From contig AUYT01000001.1 of the NCBI GenBank assembly GCA_000447245.1, positions 40,825-104,824 on the forward strand: DNA of 64,000 bases, read 5' to 3'. Shown here piece after piece: positions 1 through 9,061 of the stretch. This DNA is from a candidate division Zixibacteria bacterium RBG-1 (lineage in GTDB: Bacteria > Zixibacteria > MSB-5A5 > DSPP01 > RBG-1). Within the stretch, counting starts at the first letter, position 1; each line of letters opens with the position of its first letter. Made by a program: the position numbers and the translations under genes. The notes under the pieces were generated by a model. That model ran no database searches. It saw nothing but the letters and a program-made list of their open reading frames with translations, and was not told the origin of the DNA.

Positions 1-1409
1 AATAACTTTTGAAAGTACCTGTAAGTATCCTGATAGGCTTGGTAGCTTTCCAGATTTTCCAGGTCCCCTATGTGGGGACTGATAAAAATATCGTTCTCCC
101 TGGCTAAGCCGAAGGTATTCTTGAAGTGTCCACCAGCAGCAAAGATAGGGACCTTGAACTTTTCTTTAACCATCAAAGGCTTGGGGGCAAAACCTCTGGA
201 CCTACGCCAGGCCACTGGCTTATCTAAGATTACACTTACCACAGAATCATCGCAAAATCTTTCAATTTTCCGATTGTGAGTTAGAATTCCATCCGCTAGT
301 CCTGCAACTTTTTTTAGGACTTGTTCATCCCGATATAAAATCGGCTCTTCGGAATTATTGGCTGAAGTCATAACCAAAATCATATCCGATTTTTTCAGAA
401 GAAGATGATGCAAGGGGGTATAAGGAAGCATTACCCCCAGATACTGTAAATTCGGAGCCACCTCGCCCACGATGGGACAGTTCTTTTTTCTGCGAAGTAG
501 AACTATTGGTCTTTCACTGGATTGTAATATTTGCAATTCAGTTGGTGTAACTTCACAACTGTTTTGAATCGTCTCACAATCTTTAGCCATTATGGCAAAT
601 GGCTTGGCAGTTCTTTTTTTTCTTTCCCTCAGTCTTTTAACAGCCTGGGGATTTTTGGCATCACAAGCTAAGTGAAACCCACCAATCCCTTTGACTGCGA
701 TAATTTCTCCTCGCTTTAATCGTGCTATGGTTTCTTCCAGAGGAAGTAGAAAAGACTCTTCCCGGTTTAAAGAGACAAAACCCAAATTTGGACCGCACCT
801 TGGACAGGCATTGGGCTGAGCGTGAAACCTTCGGTTATTAGGATTTTCATACTCACTCTGACATTCTGGACACATTTTGAAATCAGCCATGGAGGTGTAA
901 GGACGGTCATAGGGCAAATCCCGAATTATGGTATAGCGAGGGCCGCAGTTAGTGCAGTTGGTAAAAGGATACTCATATCTTTTATCTTTAAAGTCGAAAA
1001 TTTCCCGTTCACAGTCTGGACAGGTGGCAATATCAGCCGGAACATGTAATTTTAACTCTTGTTTGCCTGCACTTTTCTGAATCTGGAAATCACCGCAGTA
1101 TTGAAGCGGAAGAATCTCTCTATTTACTTCAGTAATAGTTGAGGCTGGTGGTTTTTCACTCTTTAGCTGAACCAGGAATTTTTCCAGAGTCTCGGACTTT
1201 CCTTCCAGGTCGATTATCACACCAGTTGAATTGTTATAGACTCTTCCAGTAAGCCCTAATTTTTTAGCCAGCCGGAATACAAAGGGCCTGAAGCCCACAC
1301 CTTGCACCGTGCCTTTGACCAAAAGTCTCCAGTGCTGACTCTCATCCAAGCCAGCTTTCACATCTGGAACTGTTGTGTAAGCAGAATTAAATATTTTGGT
1401 CTCAGACAT
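1..1409 (-). CDS. hypF: [NiFe]-hydrogenase maturation carbamoyltransferase HypF (N-terminal ~469 aa; C-terminus runs off the window at nt 1)
   Basis: Absent from the ORF track because it is open at the window edge. Manual minus-strand translation from ATG at 1409 gives MSETKIFNSAYTTVPDVKAGLDESQHWRLLVKGTVQGVGFRPFVFRLAKKLGLTGRVYNN (acylphosphatase-like domain). This is followed by paired zinc-finger motifs (CPDCEREIF..FTNCTNCGPRYTII..CPECQSEYENP..RRFHAQPNACPRCGP) and a YrdC-like GIGGFHLACDA segment. No stop was seen down to nt 1. Confidence 0.9.
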   Translation of the reverse strand, partial: MSETKIFNSAYTTVPDVKAGLDESQHWRLLVKGTVQGVGFRPFVFRLAKKLGLTGRVYNNSTGVIIDLEGKSETLEKFLVQLKSEKPPASTITEVNREILPLQYCGDFQIQKSAGKQELKLHVPADIATCPDCEREIFDFKDKRYEYPFTNCTNCGPRYTIIRDLPYDRPYTSMADFKMCPECQSEYENPNNRRFHAQPNACPRCGPNLGFVSLNREESFLLPLEETIARLKRGEIIAVKGIGGFHLACDAKNPQAVKRLRERKKRTAKPFAIMAKDCETIQNSCEVTPTELQILQSSERPIVLLRRKKNCPIVGEVAPNLQYLGVMLPYTPLHHLLLKKSDMILVMTSANNSEEPILYRDEQVLKKVAGLADGILTHNRKIERFCDDSVVSVILDKPVAWRRSRGFAPKPLMVKEKFKVPIFAAGGHFKNTFGLARENDIFISPHIGDLENLESYQAYQDTYRYFQKL

Positions 1410-1923
1410 TTTTTACTTTTCCTTCTATATATATTTCTTCATCTATACTTAACCAAGATTTGACCTGCTCAATTATCATTTGGACAACTTTGGGAATGGA
1501 AGCTTCGACCTCGGGGGTACATTTTTCCGAAAAAGTGGAATAATCCTGAACTTCCACGGCAAAAATTAAAATTTCTTTAGGCCTGGGAATCCCCAACTGA
1601 TCTGCTAAAGCTAGGGTTCCAGACAAGGAGAGATTATGAAAATTTCTTAGGTAAGGATGATTTGTTAAATCTTTAGTTTTGATAACTGAAATGGTTCCGG
1701 GTGGATTTTTTTGCCAATTAATTGAGTCAACAATGATAACTTTTTCAAATCCTGTAATTGTATCTATGAATCCGAATCCAGCTAAAGAGGATTCCTGGTA
1801 TTCTACTTGTGGATGTATAAAAAGAGAGGAGGCCTGTCGAACTGCATAAATTCCTACTCCATCGTCAGAGAGAATAGGGTTACCCAAACCCAGAACCAAG
1901 ATTTTCTCTTTCTGTTTTAACAC
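1402..1923 (-). CDS. Hydrogenase maturation endopeptidase (HycI/HoxW/FrhD family)
   Basis: N-terminal ILVLGLGNPILSDDGVG motif typical of the family. GTG start preceded by a GAGGAG RBS. 8-nt overlap with the hypF start. Lies directly downstream of the hydrogenase large subunit. Confidence 0.85.
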   Translation of the reverse strand: MLKQKEKILVLGLGNPILSDDGVGIYAVRQASSLFIHPQVEYQESSLAGFGFIDTITGFEKVIIVDSINWQKNPPGTISVIKTKDLTNHPYLRNFHNLSLSGTLALADQLGIPRPKEILIFAVEVQDYSTFSEKCTPEVEASIPKVVQMIIEQVKSWLSIDEEIYIEGKVKNV

Positions 1924-1937
1924 AAACTCCTCTCATT

Positions 1938-3401
1938 TTAGAACCGCTCAACTTTGTCTAAGACTTCACCGTCCGGTGACAGGATTCTCACTTCCAAAGG
2001 CATTTCTCCGGGCAGTGAATGGGTAGCGCAGGCAAAACATGGGTCGTAAGCCCGGAAAGCCATTTCGATTTTGTTCAACACCCCTTCTGTAATCTGGACA
2101 CCTCTTTTAATCAGCCCTTGGGCCGCCTTTTTGATTGACATGGAAATAGCCGCGTGATTATTAGTGGTACCGACTATTAAGTTAACTTTTTGCACAATCC
2201 CTTTTTCATCAGTGATGTAATGGTGATATAAAGTACCCCTAGGGGCTTCTACACAACCGACTCCTTCATCTGGAGTGGCAGTTGGTATAACTCGGATTTC
2301 CCTTCCAGTGATTTGGGGATCAACTACAAGCTCTAACGCCCTTTCAGCGGCGTACATTAGTTCAATCACCCTAGCCCAGTGGGTAGCCAATGTGGCATGA
2401 ACTGGTTTCCCACCCAAGGTTTTGTAGAATCTTTCATATTCGGCCTGAGCTAAGGGAGTGGCCATTCCATCCGCGGCATTTAATCTGGATAAAGGAGTAG
2501 CCCGGTAGACACCCGAATCCTGACCATCCACAAATCCTTTCCAGCCCAGTTTTTTCAGGTAGGGAAATTTTAAGTAAGTCCAGCTCTCCACATGTTCGGC
2601 TAAAACCTGCTGATAATCTTGGGCATCGAATTTGATAAATTCTTTACCCAGAGTGTCTATTACCCTGATTTTTCCCTCATAGAAATTGACTCTATTTTTC
2701 TCATCCACAGTCCCCATCGAGTAGGTCTTGTGCGTATAGGTATTCCCCAAGATTAAATCTACATAAGCCTTGTTGGCTAGCACAACATCTTCAAATATTT
2801 TTAAGGTGAACTTGGCAAACTCCACCATCTCCTTAGCGTAACCTTCAATTTTCGCTCTTTCCTCTTCGTTAATCCCTTTTGACACTCCACCCGGTAAAGA
2901 GGTTACCGGATGTATGGCTTTGCCTCCTAAGATGGTCAGAATCTCATGAGCCATAGAACGGAGATGGATTACTTTTTTGCCAACATCCAAGCCTACTTTC
3001 CGAATTACACCCAGAATGTTTCTCTCTGCCGCTGGAGCTTCGGGTCCGACCACAAAGTCCGGTCCTCCTAAGGCATAAAAATGAACCGTGTGGTCTGCTA
3101 CATAAAAAACAGCATATAAAAGCTCTCTTAATTTCTTGGCCGTAGGAGGTATTTGCACATGATACACCGCATCGCAAGCCTTGGCTGAAGCCATGTGATG
3201 GGCTTCCGGGCAGACCCCGCATATGCGGGTCAATATCCGAGGTAGTTCCTCTACTGGTCGACCTTCACAAAATTTTTCGAACCCTCTTAGCTCTGGAACC
3301 AGAAAATAGCAGTTAGCTACCTCACCCTGTTCATCCAGGAAAATATCAATTTTACCATGCCCTTCTAAGCGAGTGATAGGATCAATAGATATCTTTTTCA
3401 T
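1938..3401 (-). CDS. mvhA: [NiFe]-hydrogenase large subunit, Mvh/Vhu-like (group 3c type)
   Basis: RLEGHG and RICGVCPEAHH (RxCGxCxxxH) near the N-terminus. DPCFACATH (DPCxxCxxH) near the C-terminus, followed by a 26-aa tail of the kind removed by the endopeptidase. Context with mvhG/mvhD/hdrABC. Confidence 0.9.
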   Translation of the reverse strand: MKKISIDPITRLEGHGKIDIFLDEQGEVANCYFLVPELRGFEKFCEGRPVEELPRILTRICGVCPEAHHMASAKACDAVYHVQIPPTAKKLRELLYAVFYVADHTVHFYALGGPDFVVGPEAPAAERNILGVIRKVGLDVGKKVIHLRSMAHEILTILGGKAIHPVTSLPGGVSKGINEEERAKIEGYAKEMVEFAKFTLKIFEDVVLANKAYVDLILGNTYTHKTYSMGTVDEKNRVNFYEGKIRVIDTLGKEFIKFDAQDYQQVLAEHVESWTYLKFPYLKKLGWKGFVDGQDSGVYRATPLSRLNAADGMATPLAQAEYERFYKTLGGKPVHATLATHWARVIELMYAAERALELVVDPQITGREIRVIPTATPDEGVGCVEAPRGTLYHHYITDEKGIVQKVNLIVGTTNNHAAISMSIKKAAQGLIKRGVQITEGVLNKIEMAFRAYDPCFACATHSLPGEMPLEVRILSPDGEVLDKVERF

Positions 3402-4357
3402 TTTCGATTCCTCCCCAACATAGAGCCAGCCAGACTGAATCTATAAAAAGTTCCCACTGGATCGGCTACGGAATTTACAATCTGCTCTATTTCATCTGGA
3501 TCCTGGGAATCTATCACTGAACTTAAAGCAGCCATCATCTTGGCTCCCTGGTCAGGTGACTCCGGTGCAGCACCATAACAACCCCGGCAGGGAATCCCCA
3601 CTTTGACACACAGGCCACCACAGCCAGAGCGGGTTGCTGGGCCACAGCAGACTATCCCCTGGTCTAAAAGACACTGTGTCTCGTTAGGTATAATTTCATG
3701 GGGACGGTAAAATCTTTTGATCTTTTTTTCTTCTCTAGTCCGGGGACATTCATCACAGCAAGTTTTCAGACCAGCACCCAGAACGGACCCCTGGGGTGGA
3801 AGTGCTTTCCCCTGTATAATGTGTTCCAAAACAGCCCAGATCTGATGCGGTTGAGGCGGACAGCCAGGGATAGTGTAATCTACTGGCACCACGGCCGAAA
3901 GAGGAACCAGTTTCTCCTGAAATTCAGGAATCTCTAACTCTCCTTCAGGTACCTTGGTTACGGGCTGAGGATATACGCCATCTGAGTTTTCTGTAGTAGG
4001 TGTCTCTTTGTAGACTCTTTTGAAAAGACTGTCTTTGCTGTACAAATTAGCTAGTCCAGGGATACACCCTTCGTGAGCACAAGAGCCAAAGGCTACCAAA
4101 ACTTGGGATTTCTCTCTTAGAAGCTCAGCCATTTTTTTGTTTTCTGAAGTGCGGATACCTCCGTTGAAAAGACAGAGGTCAATGGATTTATCCGGCATAG
4201 CTTGGACATCCTTATACTTGGGGTCCATGACACAGGGCCAGAAGACAATCTCAAAATTAGCATCTACTTCTAATATTTTTTCCTCTATATCCAAGACTGC
4301 AATTTCACAGCCACCACAGCTGGCGGCCCAGTATAAAGCTAATTTTGGCTTACTCAT
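3398..4357 (-). CDS. mvhG: [NiFe]-hydrogenase small subunit, MvhG-like
   Basis: N-terminal YWAASCGGCEIAVLD motif, C-terminal Cys-rich cluster region (CPRTREEK..CCGPATRSGCGGLCVKVGIPCRGCYG). ATGA overlap with mvhA at 3398-3401. Confidence 0.85.
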   Translation of the reverse strand: MSKPKLALYWAASCGGCEIAVLDIEEKILEVDANFEIVFWPCVMDPKYKDVQAMPDKSIDLCLFNGGIRTSENKKMAELLREKSQVLVAFGSCAHEGCIPGLANLYSKDSLFKRVYKETPTTENSDGVYPQPVTKVPEGELEIPEFQEKLVPLSAVVPVDYTIPGCPPQPHQIWAVLEHIIQGKALPPQGSVLGAGLKTCCDECPRTREEKKIKRFYRPHEIIPNETQCLLDQGIVCCGPATRSGCGGLCVKVGIPCRGCYGAAPESPDQGAKMMAALSSVIDSQDPDEIEQIVNSVADPVGTFYRFSLAGSMLGRNRK

Positions 4358-4368
4358 ATATATCCTCT

Positions 4369-4797
4369 TTAGGCATTTATCATTTCTTTATTCCGTTGAT
4401 TGAGGGGTCCTAGCGCTCTGATAGTTTCAGTCATTTCGTCTACTACTTTAGCGTATTTATCTCCTTCTGAAGCAGAAATCCATTCGATTCTGAGGCGCTG
4501 TGGGTCAATCCCCTGCTCTTTCAGCATCCTTTTTAAAAACACCGAGCGCCGTAAGGCCTTATAATTGCCTTCTGCATAGTGACAGTCCCCGGGATGACAT
4601 CCCCCTATCAGAACTCCATCTGCACCACAGGCAAAGGCTTTTAAGATAAAAGTTGGGTCTACTCTGCCGGTACACATCACCCGGATAGATCTGACATTAG
4701 GTGCCATTTTCATACGGGAGACCCCGGCTAAGTCCGCACCTGAATAAGCACACCAGTTACACAAAAATCCGACTATTTTGGGTTCGAATTCGTTCAT
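4369..4797 (-). CDS. mvhD: Methyl-viologen-reducing hydrogenase delta subunit, MvhD-like
   Basis: MNEFEPKIVGFLCNWCAYSGADLAG..VMCTGRVD is the typical MvhD signature. Start moved to the ATG at 4797, which forms an ATGA overlap with the hdrA stop. The track's longer ORF (to 4902) overlaps the hdrA coding sequence. Confidence 0.85.
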   Translation of the reverse strand: MNEFEPKIVGFLCNWCAYSGADLAGVSRMKMAPNVRSIRVMCTGRVDPTFILKAFACGADGVLIGGCHPGDCHYAEGNYKALRRSVFLKRMLKEQGIDPQRLRIEWISASEGDKYAKVVDEMTETIRALGPLNQRNKEMINA

Positions 4798-7700
4798 GCT
4801 AAGACCCCTTCGATTTCTGCGTAGATTTGCTGGTCGGTGAATCCTTTGCCAGTTATAGCACTGGCCGGGCAGGTGGCCACACAAGTGCCACACCCTTTGC
4901 ACAGAGCATCATTGATTATGGAAATCTTTTTCTGTTCATCAAACGAGATTGCAAAATAGGGACAGACCGAGTTACACATTCGACAGCCGGAACAGAGCTC
5001 CTCTTTAATCTGGGCTCTGATCGGGTCTATCTCCACCTCCCCTTTCTGGGCAGTAGCCAGAATTCTGGCTGCTGCTGAAGAGGCTTGAGCCACAGTATCC
5101 GGAATATCTTTCGGACCTTGACAACAACCGGCGATATACACTCCGTCGGTCATGGTAGAAGTGGGGTCCAATTTGGGATGCCGCTCCAGGAAAAATCCAT
5201 CCGGCGAGAGTGAAATAGAAAAAAGCTGTCTGACTTTAGCTGTATCCTGACGCGGTTCCAAAGCACTGCACAAGACCACCATATCTACTGGAATTTCTCT
5301 GAATTTCCCAATCAAAGTATCTTCGCAGCGCACTATCAAATGCCCTTCTTCTTTATTAGACCAACCAGACTCTACCACCTCAGCCACCTTTCCTCGGATG
5401 ACATTAGTCCCCTCTAACAAAACCCTTTTATAGAACTCCTCAAATCCTTTCCCATAAGCCCGCATGTCTATGTAAAACTGATAAACTTCAGCTTTAGTAC
5501 GGTCTTTAACTAAGTGAGCAAATTTCAGAGCATACATACAACAAACCCTGGAACAGTACTTGTGGTAATTTTCGTCTCTGGAACCGACGCAGTGAATGAC
5601 AGCTACAGCCCGGGGCGGTTGGCCATTTTTGCACAGAATTTTCCCACCTGTTCCCCCAGTAGCAGATAACATCCGCTCAAATTCTATGCCAGAAAGAACA
5701 TTGTCCAATTTACCATATCCATATTGAGACATCACCCGGGCATCAAACACATCATAGCCAGTAGACAAAAGTATCTGGCCTACTTTGATCTGTTGCACCC
5801 TGTCCTGCATTTCGTGGTCAATAGCTTCCGGGTCACAAACCTTGACGCACTCCAAGCATTCTACACATACTCCGCAATTAAGACATCTGGTAGCTTCTCG
5901 GACCGCTTCCTCTTCGGAGAACCCTATCTCCACTTCTGAAAAATCGCGATTTCTGATTTTGGGATCTAACTTGGACATCTCCACTCGCTTTTGTTTAGGT
6001 AGATCTTTAAACATGGGGGAATAGCGGTGGGGTCGGAAAGTTTCTCCACGTGGGACAATGGGCTTAGGCATATGGGTTTTGAAATCAACCAAGGGCTGGC
6101 CGTTTAGATACTTGTCAATCGATTCAGCTGCCCTTCTTCCCAGCCCCATGGAAGCTATAACGGTTGAGGGACCTAAAACCACATCTCCCCCAGCAAAGAC
6201 CCCCTCCTGATTAGTAACTAAACTATCCTGGTCAACTTGCAGGGTACCCCAGGGAGTCAGTGCTAAATGAGGGACACCTTTTTCATCTGCCAGCACTTCT
6301 ATTTCCGGCTTTTGGCTGATGGCCACGATGATATTATCAAATTCTAACTGATGTTCTGAGCCGGAAATCGAAATCGGTCTGCGCCGGCCAGAGGCATCAG
6401 GCTCCCCTAGCTGCATGTTTACACAGGTCATTTGGAGACTCCGGTGAGCTTTAGCAATCTTAATAGGAGCGATTAAATAATGAATAGCAACCCCTTCTGC
6501 TTCAGTGTCTTCTATTTCGTAAGGGGAGGCCGGCATCTCAGATCTGGTCCGTCGATAATGAATGACTACCCTTTCTGCTCCCAGTCTCAGAGCTGTACGA
6601 GCAGCATCCAAAGCGGTGTTTCCTCCTCCGATGACAGCCACCTTTTTACCCAGAGCAGTCCTTACTCCCAGATTAAATCTTCTCAAAAAATCTACTCCGG
6701 AATACACTCCTTCAGTATTTTCACCAGGAATCTCTATTTTCACTCCACTCTGAGCCCCAATAGCCAAAAAGATTGCTTTAAATCCCTGTTGCTTGAGTTG
6801 TTCTAGACTGAAGGACTTGCCTAAAGTCACATTGGTTCTAAAATCAATCCCTAAGTCTCTTAAATAGCTGATCTCTTCCCTCAAGAGGTGCCGTGGCAAA
6901 CGGTAAGCCGGGATTCCCAAACCTAATAACCCACCCAAAAGCGAGGAGCGCTCGTAGACTGTAACTTGGTAGCCCTTGACGGCCAAATCATGGGCACAGG
7001 TCAGCCCGGCCGGTCCAGAACCTATTATGGCAACTTTTTCCTCTCTTCTTTCTATTTTAGGAGGAACCAACTCAATGTTGCGCTGTCTAGCCCAATCCAA
7101 AGCAAATCTCTTGAGATGTTGGATAGCGATGGGCTGGTCTACGTATCCCCGGTTACATTCGGTTTCACAGGGGTGGTAGCAAACTCTTCCACAGACCGCT
7201 GGCAAGGGATTGCGCAAGCGGATTAATTGGGCCGCCTCTTTGAACTTGCGGTCTCTGATTAAAGCCACATAGCCAGCTGCTTCCTGCCGAATTGGACAGG
7301 CTTCGATACAGGGCGGAGTTTCCTCCTTGTCGATGACATAAGTGTTAGGTACCGCTTGCGGAAAGAGTTTATAAATGGCGGTTTTCTTCCCTAATAGGCC
7401 CTCAAACCAGTTGGGTACTTCAACTGGGCAAGCTTTTACACAAGCCCCGCAGGAAGTGCAAGCATCAGTTACATAGCGAGCCTTGGTCCTGACCGTAACT
7501 GTGAAGTTCCCGATAAACCCCTCTACTTTTTCTACCTCAGAGAGGGTCATCAGGTTGATATTTTTGCGGTGCCCCACCGAGACCATTTTGGGAGTTAGTA
7601 TACAGGCCGCGCAGTCCAGGGTGGGAAAAGTTTTATCAAATTGAGCCATGCGGCCACCGATGGTGGATTCTCTTTCCACCAAATAAACCTGGTTTCCGGA

Positions 7701-8186
7701 CTCGGCAATCTCTAAGGCCGCTTGAATCCCCCCGATTCCTGCTCCCACAATCATAGTATGGGGGTTGATCTTAACATGGGAGATCTCTAATGCTTCCTGC
7801 CAAGCCACTCTTCTTACGGCCGCATTTACGATAGCCTTTGCCTTTTCAGTGGCTTGGGCTCTGTCATCATGAATCCAAGAGCATTGTTCTCTGATGTTAG
7901 CCATCTGGAACAGATAGCGGTTCAGTCCCGCCTCTTCACAGGCTTTACGGAAAGTAAGCTCGTGCATCTGCGGGGAACAAGCTGCCACCACCACCCCATT
8001 CAAGCCCTTTCTCTTGATATACCTCTGCAACATCAGTTGACCTGGTTGAGAGCACATAAACAAATTGTTTGTGGAATACTCAACGTTCGGCTGCTGGGCC
8101 ATAAACTGGGTTACCTCCTCCACATCCACAGTGGCTGCAATATTAGTCCCACAATGGCAGATGAAAACTCCTATTTTTTGATTCAT
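4794..8186 (-). CDS. hdrA: HdrA-like flavoprotein with an inserted GltD/NfnB-like NAD(P)H-binding module (large 'HdrL-type' architecture)
   Basis: IGVFICHCGTNIA; the FAD motif IVGAGIGGIQAALEIAESG..GGRMAQFDKTFPTLDCAACILTPKM; several CxxCxxCxxxCP ferredoxin motifs; C-terminal 2x[4Fe-4S]. An internal stretch PPCIEACP..CGRVCYHPCETECNRG + VAIIGSGPAGLTCAHDLA + VAVIGGGNTALDAA + VFAGGDV resembles the glutamate synthase small subunit/NfnB. Start set at the ATG at 8186 (ATGA overlap with the hdrB stop). Confidence 0.85.
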   Translation of the reverse strand: MNQKIGVFICHCGTNIAATVDVEEVTQFMAQQPNVEYSTNNLFMCSQPGQLMLQRYIKRKGLNGVVVAACSPQMHELTFRKACEEAGLNRYLFQMANIREQCSWIHDDRAQATEKAKAIVNAAVRRVAWQEALEISHVKINPHTMIVGAGIGGIQAALEIAESGNQVYLVERESTIGGRMAQFDKTFPTLDCAACILTPKMVSVGHRKNINLMTLSEVEKVEGFIGNFTVTVRTKARYVTDACTSCGACVKACPVEVPNWFEGLLGKKTAIYKLFPQAVPNTYVIDKEETPPCIEACPIRQEAAGYVALIRDRKFKEAAQLIRLRNPLPAVCGRVCYHPCETECNRGYVDQPIAIQHLKRFALDWARQRNIELVPPKIERREEKVAIIGSGPAGLTCAHDLAVKGYQVTVYERSSLLGGLLGLGIPAYRLPRHLLREEISYLRDLGIDFRTNVTLGKSFSLEQLKQQGFKAIFLAIGAQSGVKIEIPGENTEGVYSGVDFLRRFNLGVRTALGKKVAVIGGGNTALDAARTALRLGAERVVIHYRRTRSEMPASPYEIEDTEAEGVAIHYLIAPIKIAKAHRSLQMTCVNMQLGEPDASGRRRPISISGSEHQLEFDNIIVAISQKPEIEVLADEKGVPHLALTPWGTLQVDQDSLVTNQEGVFAGGDVVLGPSTVIASMGLGRRAAESIDKYLNGQPLVDFKTHMPKPIVPRGETFRPHRYSPMFKDLPKQKRVEMSKLDPKIRNRDFSEVEIGFSEEEAVREATRCLNCGVCVECLECVKVCDPEAIDHEMQDRVQQIKVGQILLSTGYDVFDARVMSQYGYGKLDNVLSGIEFERMLSATGGTGGKILCKNGQPPRAVAVIHCVGSRDENYHKYCSRVCCMYALKFAHLVKDRTKAEVYQFYIDMRAYGKGFEEFYKRVLLEGTNVIRGKVAEVVESGWSNKEEGHLIVRCEDTLIGKFREIPVDMVVLCSALEPRQDTAKVRQLFSISLSPDGFFLERHPKLDPTSTMTDGVYIAGCCQGPKDIPDTVAQASSAAARILATAQKGEVEIDPIRAQIKEELCSGCRMCNSVCPYFAISFDEQKKISIINDALCKGCGTCVATCPASAITGKGFTDQQIYAEIEGVLA

Positions 8187-9061
8187 ACCGCCTCTAATGT
8201 TTTGCTTAGTTTCTCTTTGGAAATATTGATTAAGTTGTATTTCAACCCCAGCTCCTCTTCTGTGGCTCCTAATACCCAACCCAAAAGTTGAGTGAAATAC
8301 CAGATCGGTATTCTGAAATTAGTTTTGAACCTCTTGTTGATTTTTTTTTGATAAGCCTCAAGGTTGATATGACACATGGGACAGGTTGTAATAATCACCT
8401 CAGCCTGGTTTTCATAGGCGCATTCTAAAATCTCTTTAGTAAGCTTAAGGCCTACCTCCGGGAAGGTCGACATAAGCATTCCACCACAGCAACGTACTTT
8501 CACAGGGAAGTAAACTATTTTTCCACCCAGTTCACTGAACAGGTCATCCATAGTAGTTGGGAATTCCCGGTCATCAAACCCTCTTTCAGGTCTTACCAAC
8601 TGACAGCCATAATAAGGAGCAATCCTTAAACCGTTTAAATCTCTTTTGGCAAAGATTTTTATTACCTCAACCCCCACATCATTTACCAGAACATCCAGAG
8701 GATGTCTTACGGTAGTATTCCCATTATATTCCAGCTCTCCAGCTTTGAGGGCCTGATTAACCAGCTCTTTTAAAGCTGGCTGGGCTTTCAGATAGCGATT
8801 GGTCTTGGTCAAAATTGTAAAACAGGAACTGCAGGGAGCTATCACTTCACCACCCATTTTTTCTGCCAAAGCCAAATTTCTAGCTGATATAGAAAAAGCC
8901 ACAGTCTCTTTGACTGACATATATGCTGTAGCTCCACAGCAGTTCCAGTCTGGGATTTCATGCAGTTCCTGACCCAAGAGTCTAAGGACAGTTTTCAGTG
9001 AGACGTCGTAGGCTTGGGCCTGAGATTCCAGACTACAGCCAGGATAATATAAATATTTCAT
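8183..9061 (-). CDS. hdrB: Heterodisulfide reductase subunit B-like (two CCG domains)
   Basis: Two cysteine-rich CCG motifs (DWNCCGA and VRCCGGM), plus YYPGCSL and YYGCQL starts of the two repeats. Sits between hdrC and hdrA. Confidence 0.8.
   Translation of the reverse strand: MKYLYYPGCSLESQAQAYDVSLKTVLRLLGQELHEIPDWNCCGATAYMSVKETVAFSISARNLALAEKMGGEVIAPCSSCFTILTKTNRYLKAQPALKELVNQALKAGELEYNGNTTVRHPLDVLVNDVGVEVIKIFAKRDLNGLRIAPYYGCQLVRPERGFDDREFPTTMDDLFSELGGKIVYFPVKVRCCGGMLMSTFPEVGLKLTKEILECAYENQAEVIITTCPMCHINLEAYQKKINKRFKTNFRIPIWYFTQLLGWVLGATEEELGLKYNLINISKEKLSKTLEAV

Noticed and set aside
70-1049. Plus-strand ORFs 70..279 and 822..1049
   Set aside because: They are antisense to the clearly recognisable hypF reading frame.
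1938-3401. [NiFeSe] (Sec-containing) hydrogenase large subunit
   Set aside because: The C-terminal ligand motif reads DPCFACATH with two Cys codons and there is no in-frame TGA.
4798-4902. 5' extension of the mvhD ORF (MQRVWHLCGHLPGQCYNWQRIHRPANLRRNRRGLS...)
   Set aside because: It overlaps the 3' end of hdrA in another frame. The conserved MvhD sequence begins at the ATG at 4797, which forms an ATGA junction with the hdrA stop.
4827-8291. Plus-strand ORFs inside hdrA (4827..5078, 5724..5939, 5785..6024, 6480..6806, 6562..6753, 6966..7226, 6976..7179, 7854..8291)
   Set aside because: These are antisense shadow ORFs of a well-supported 1130-aa gene. They are low-complexity, mutually overlapping and have no RBS.
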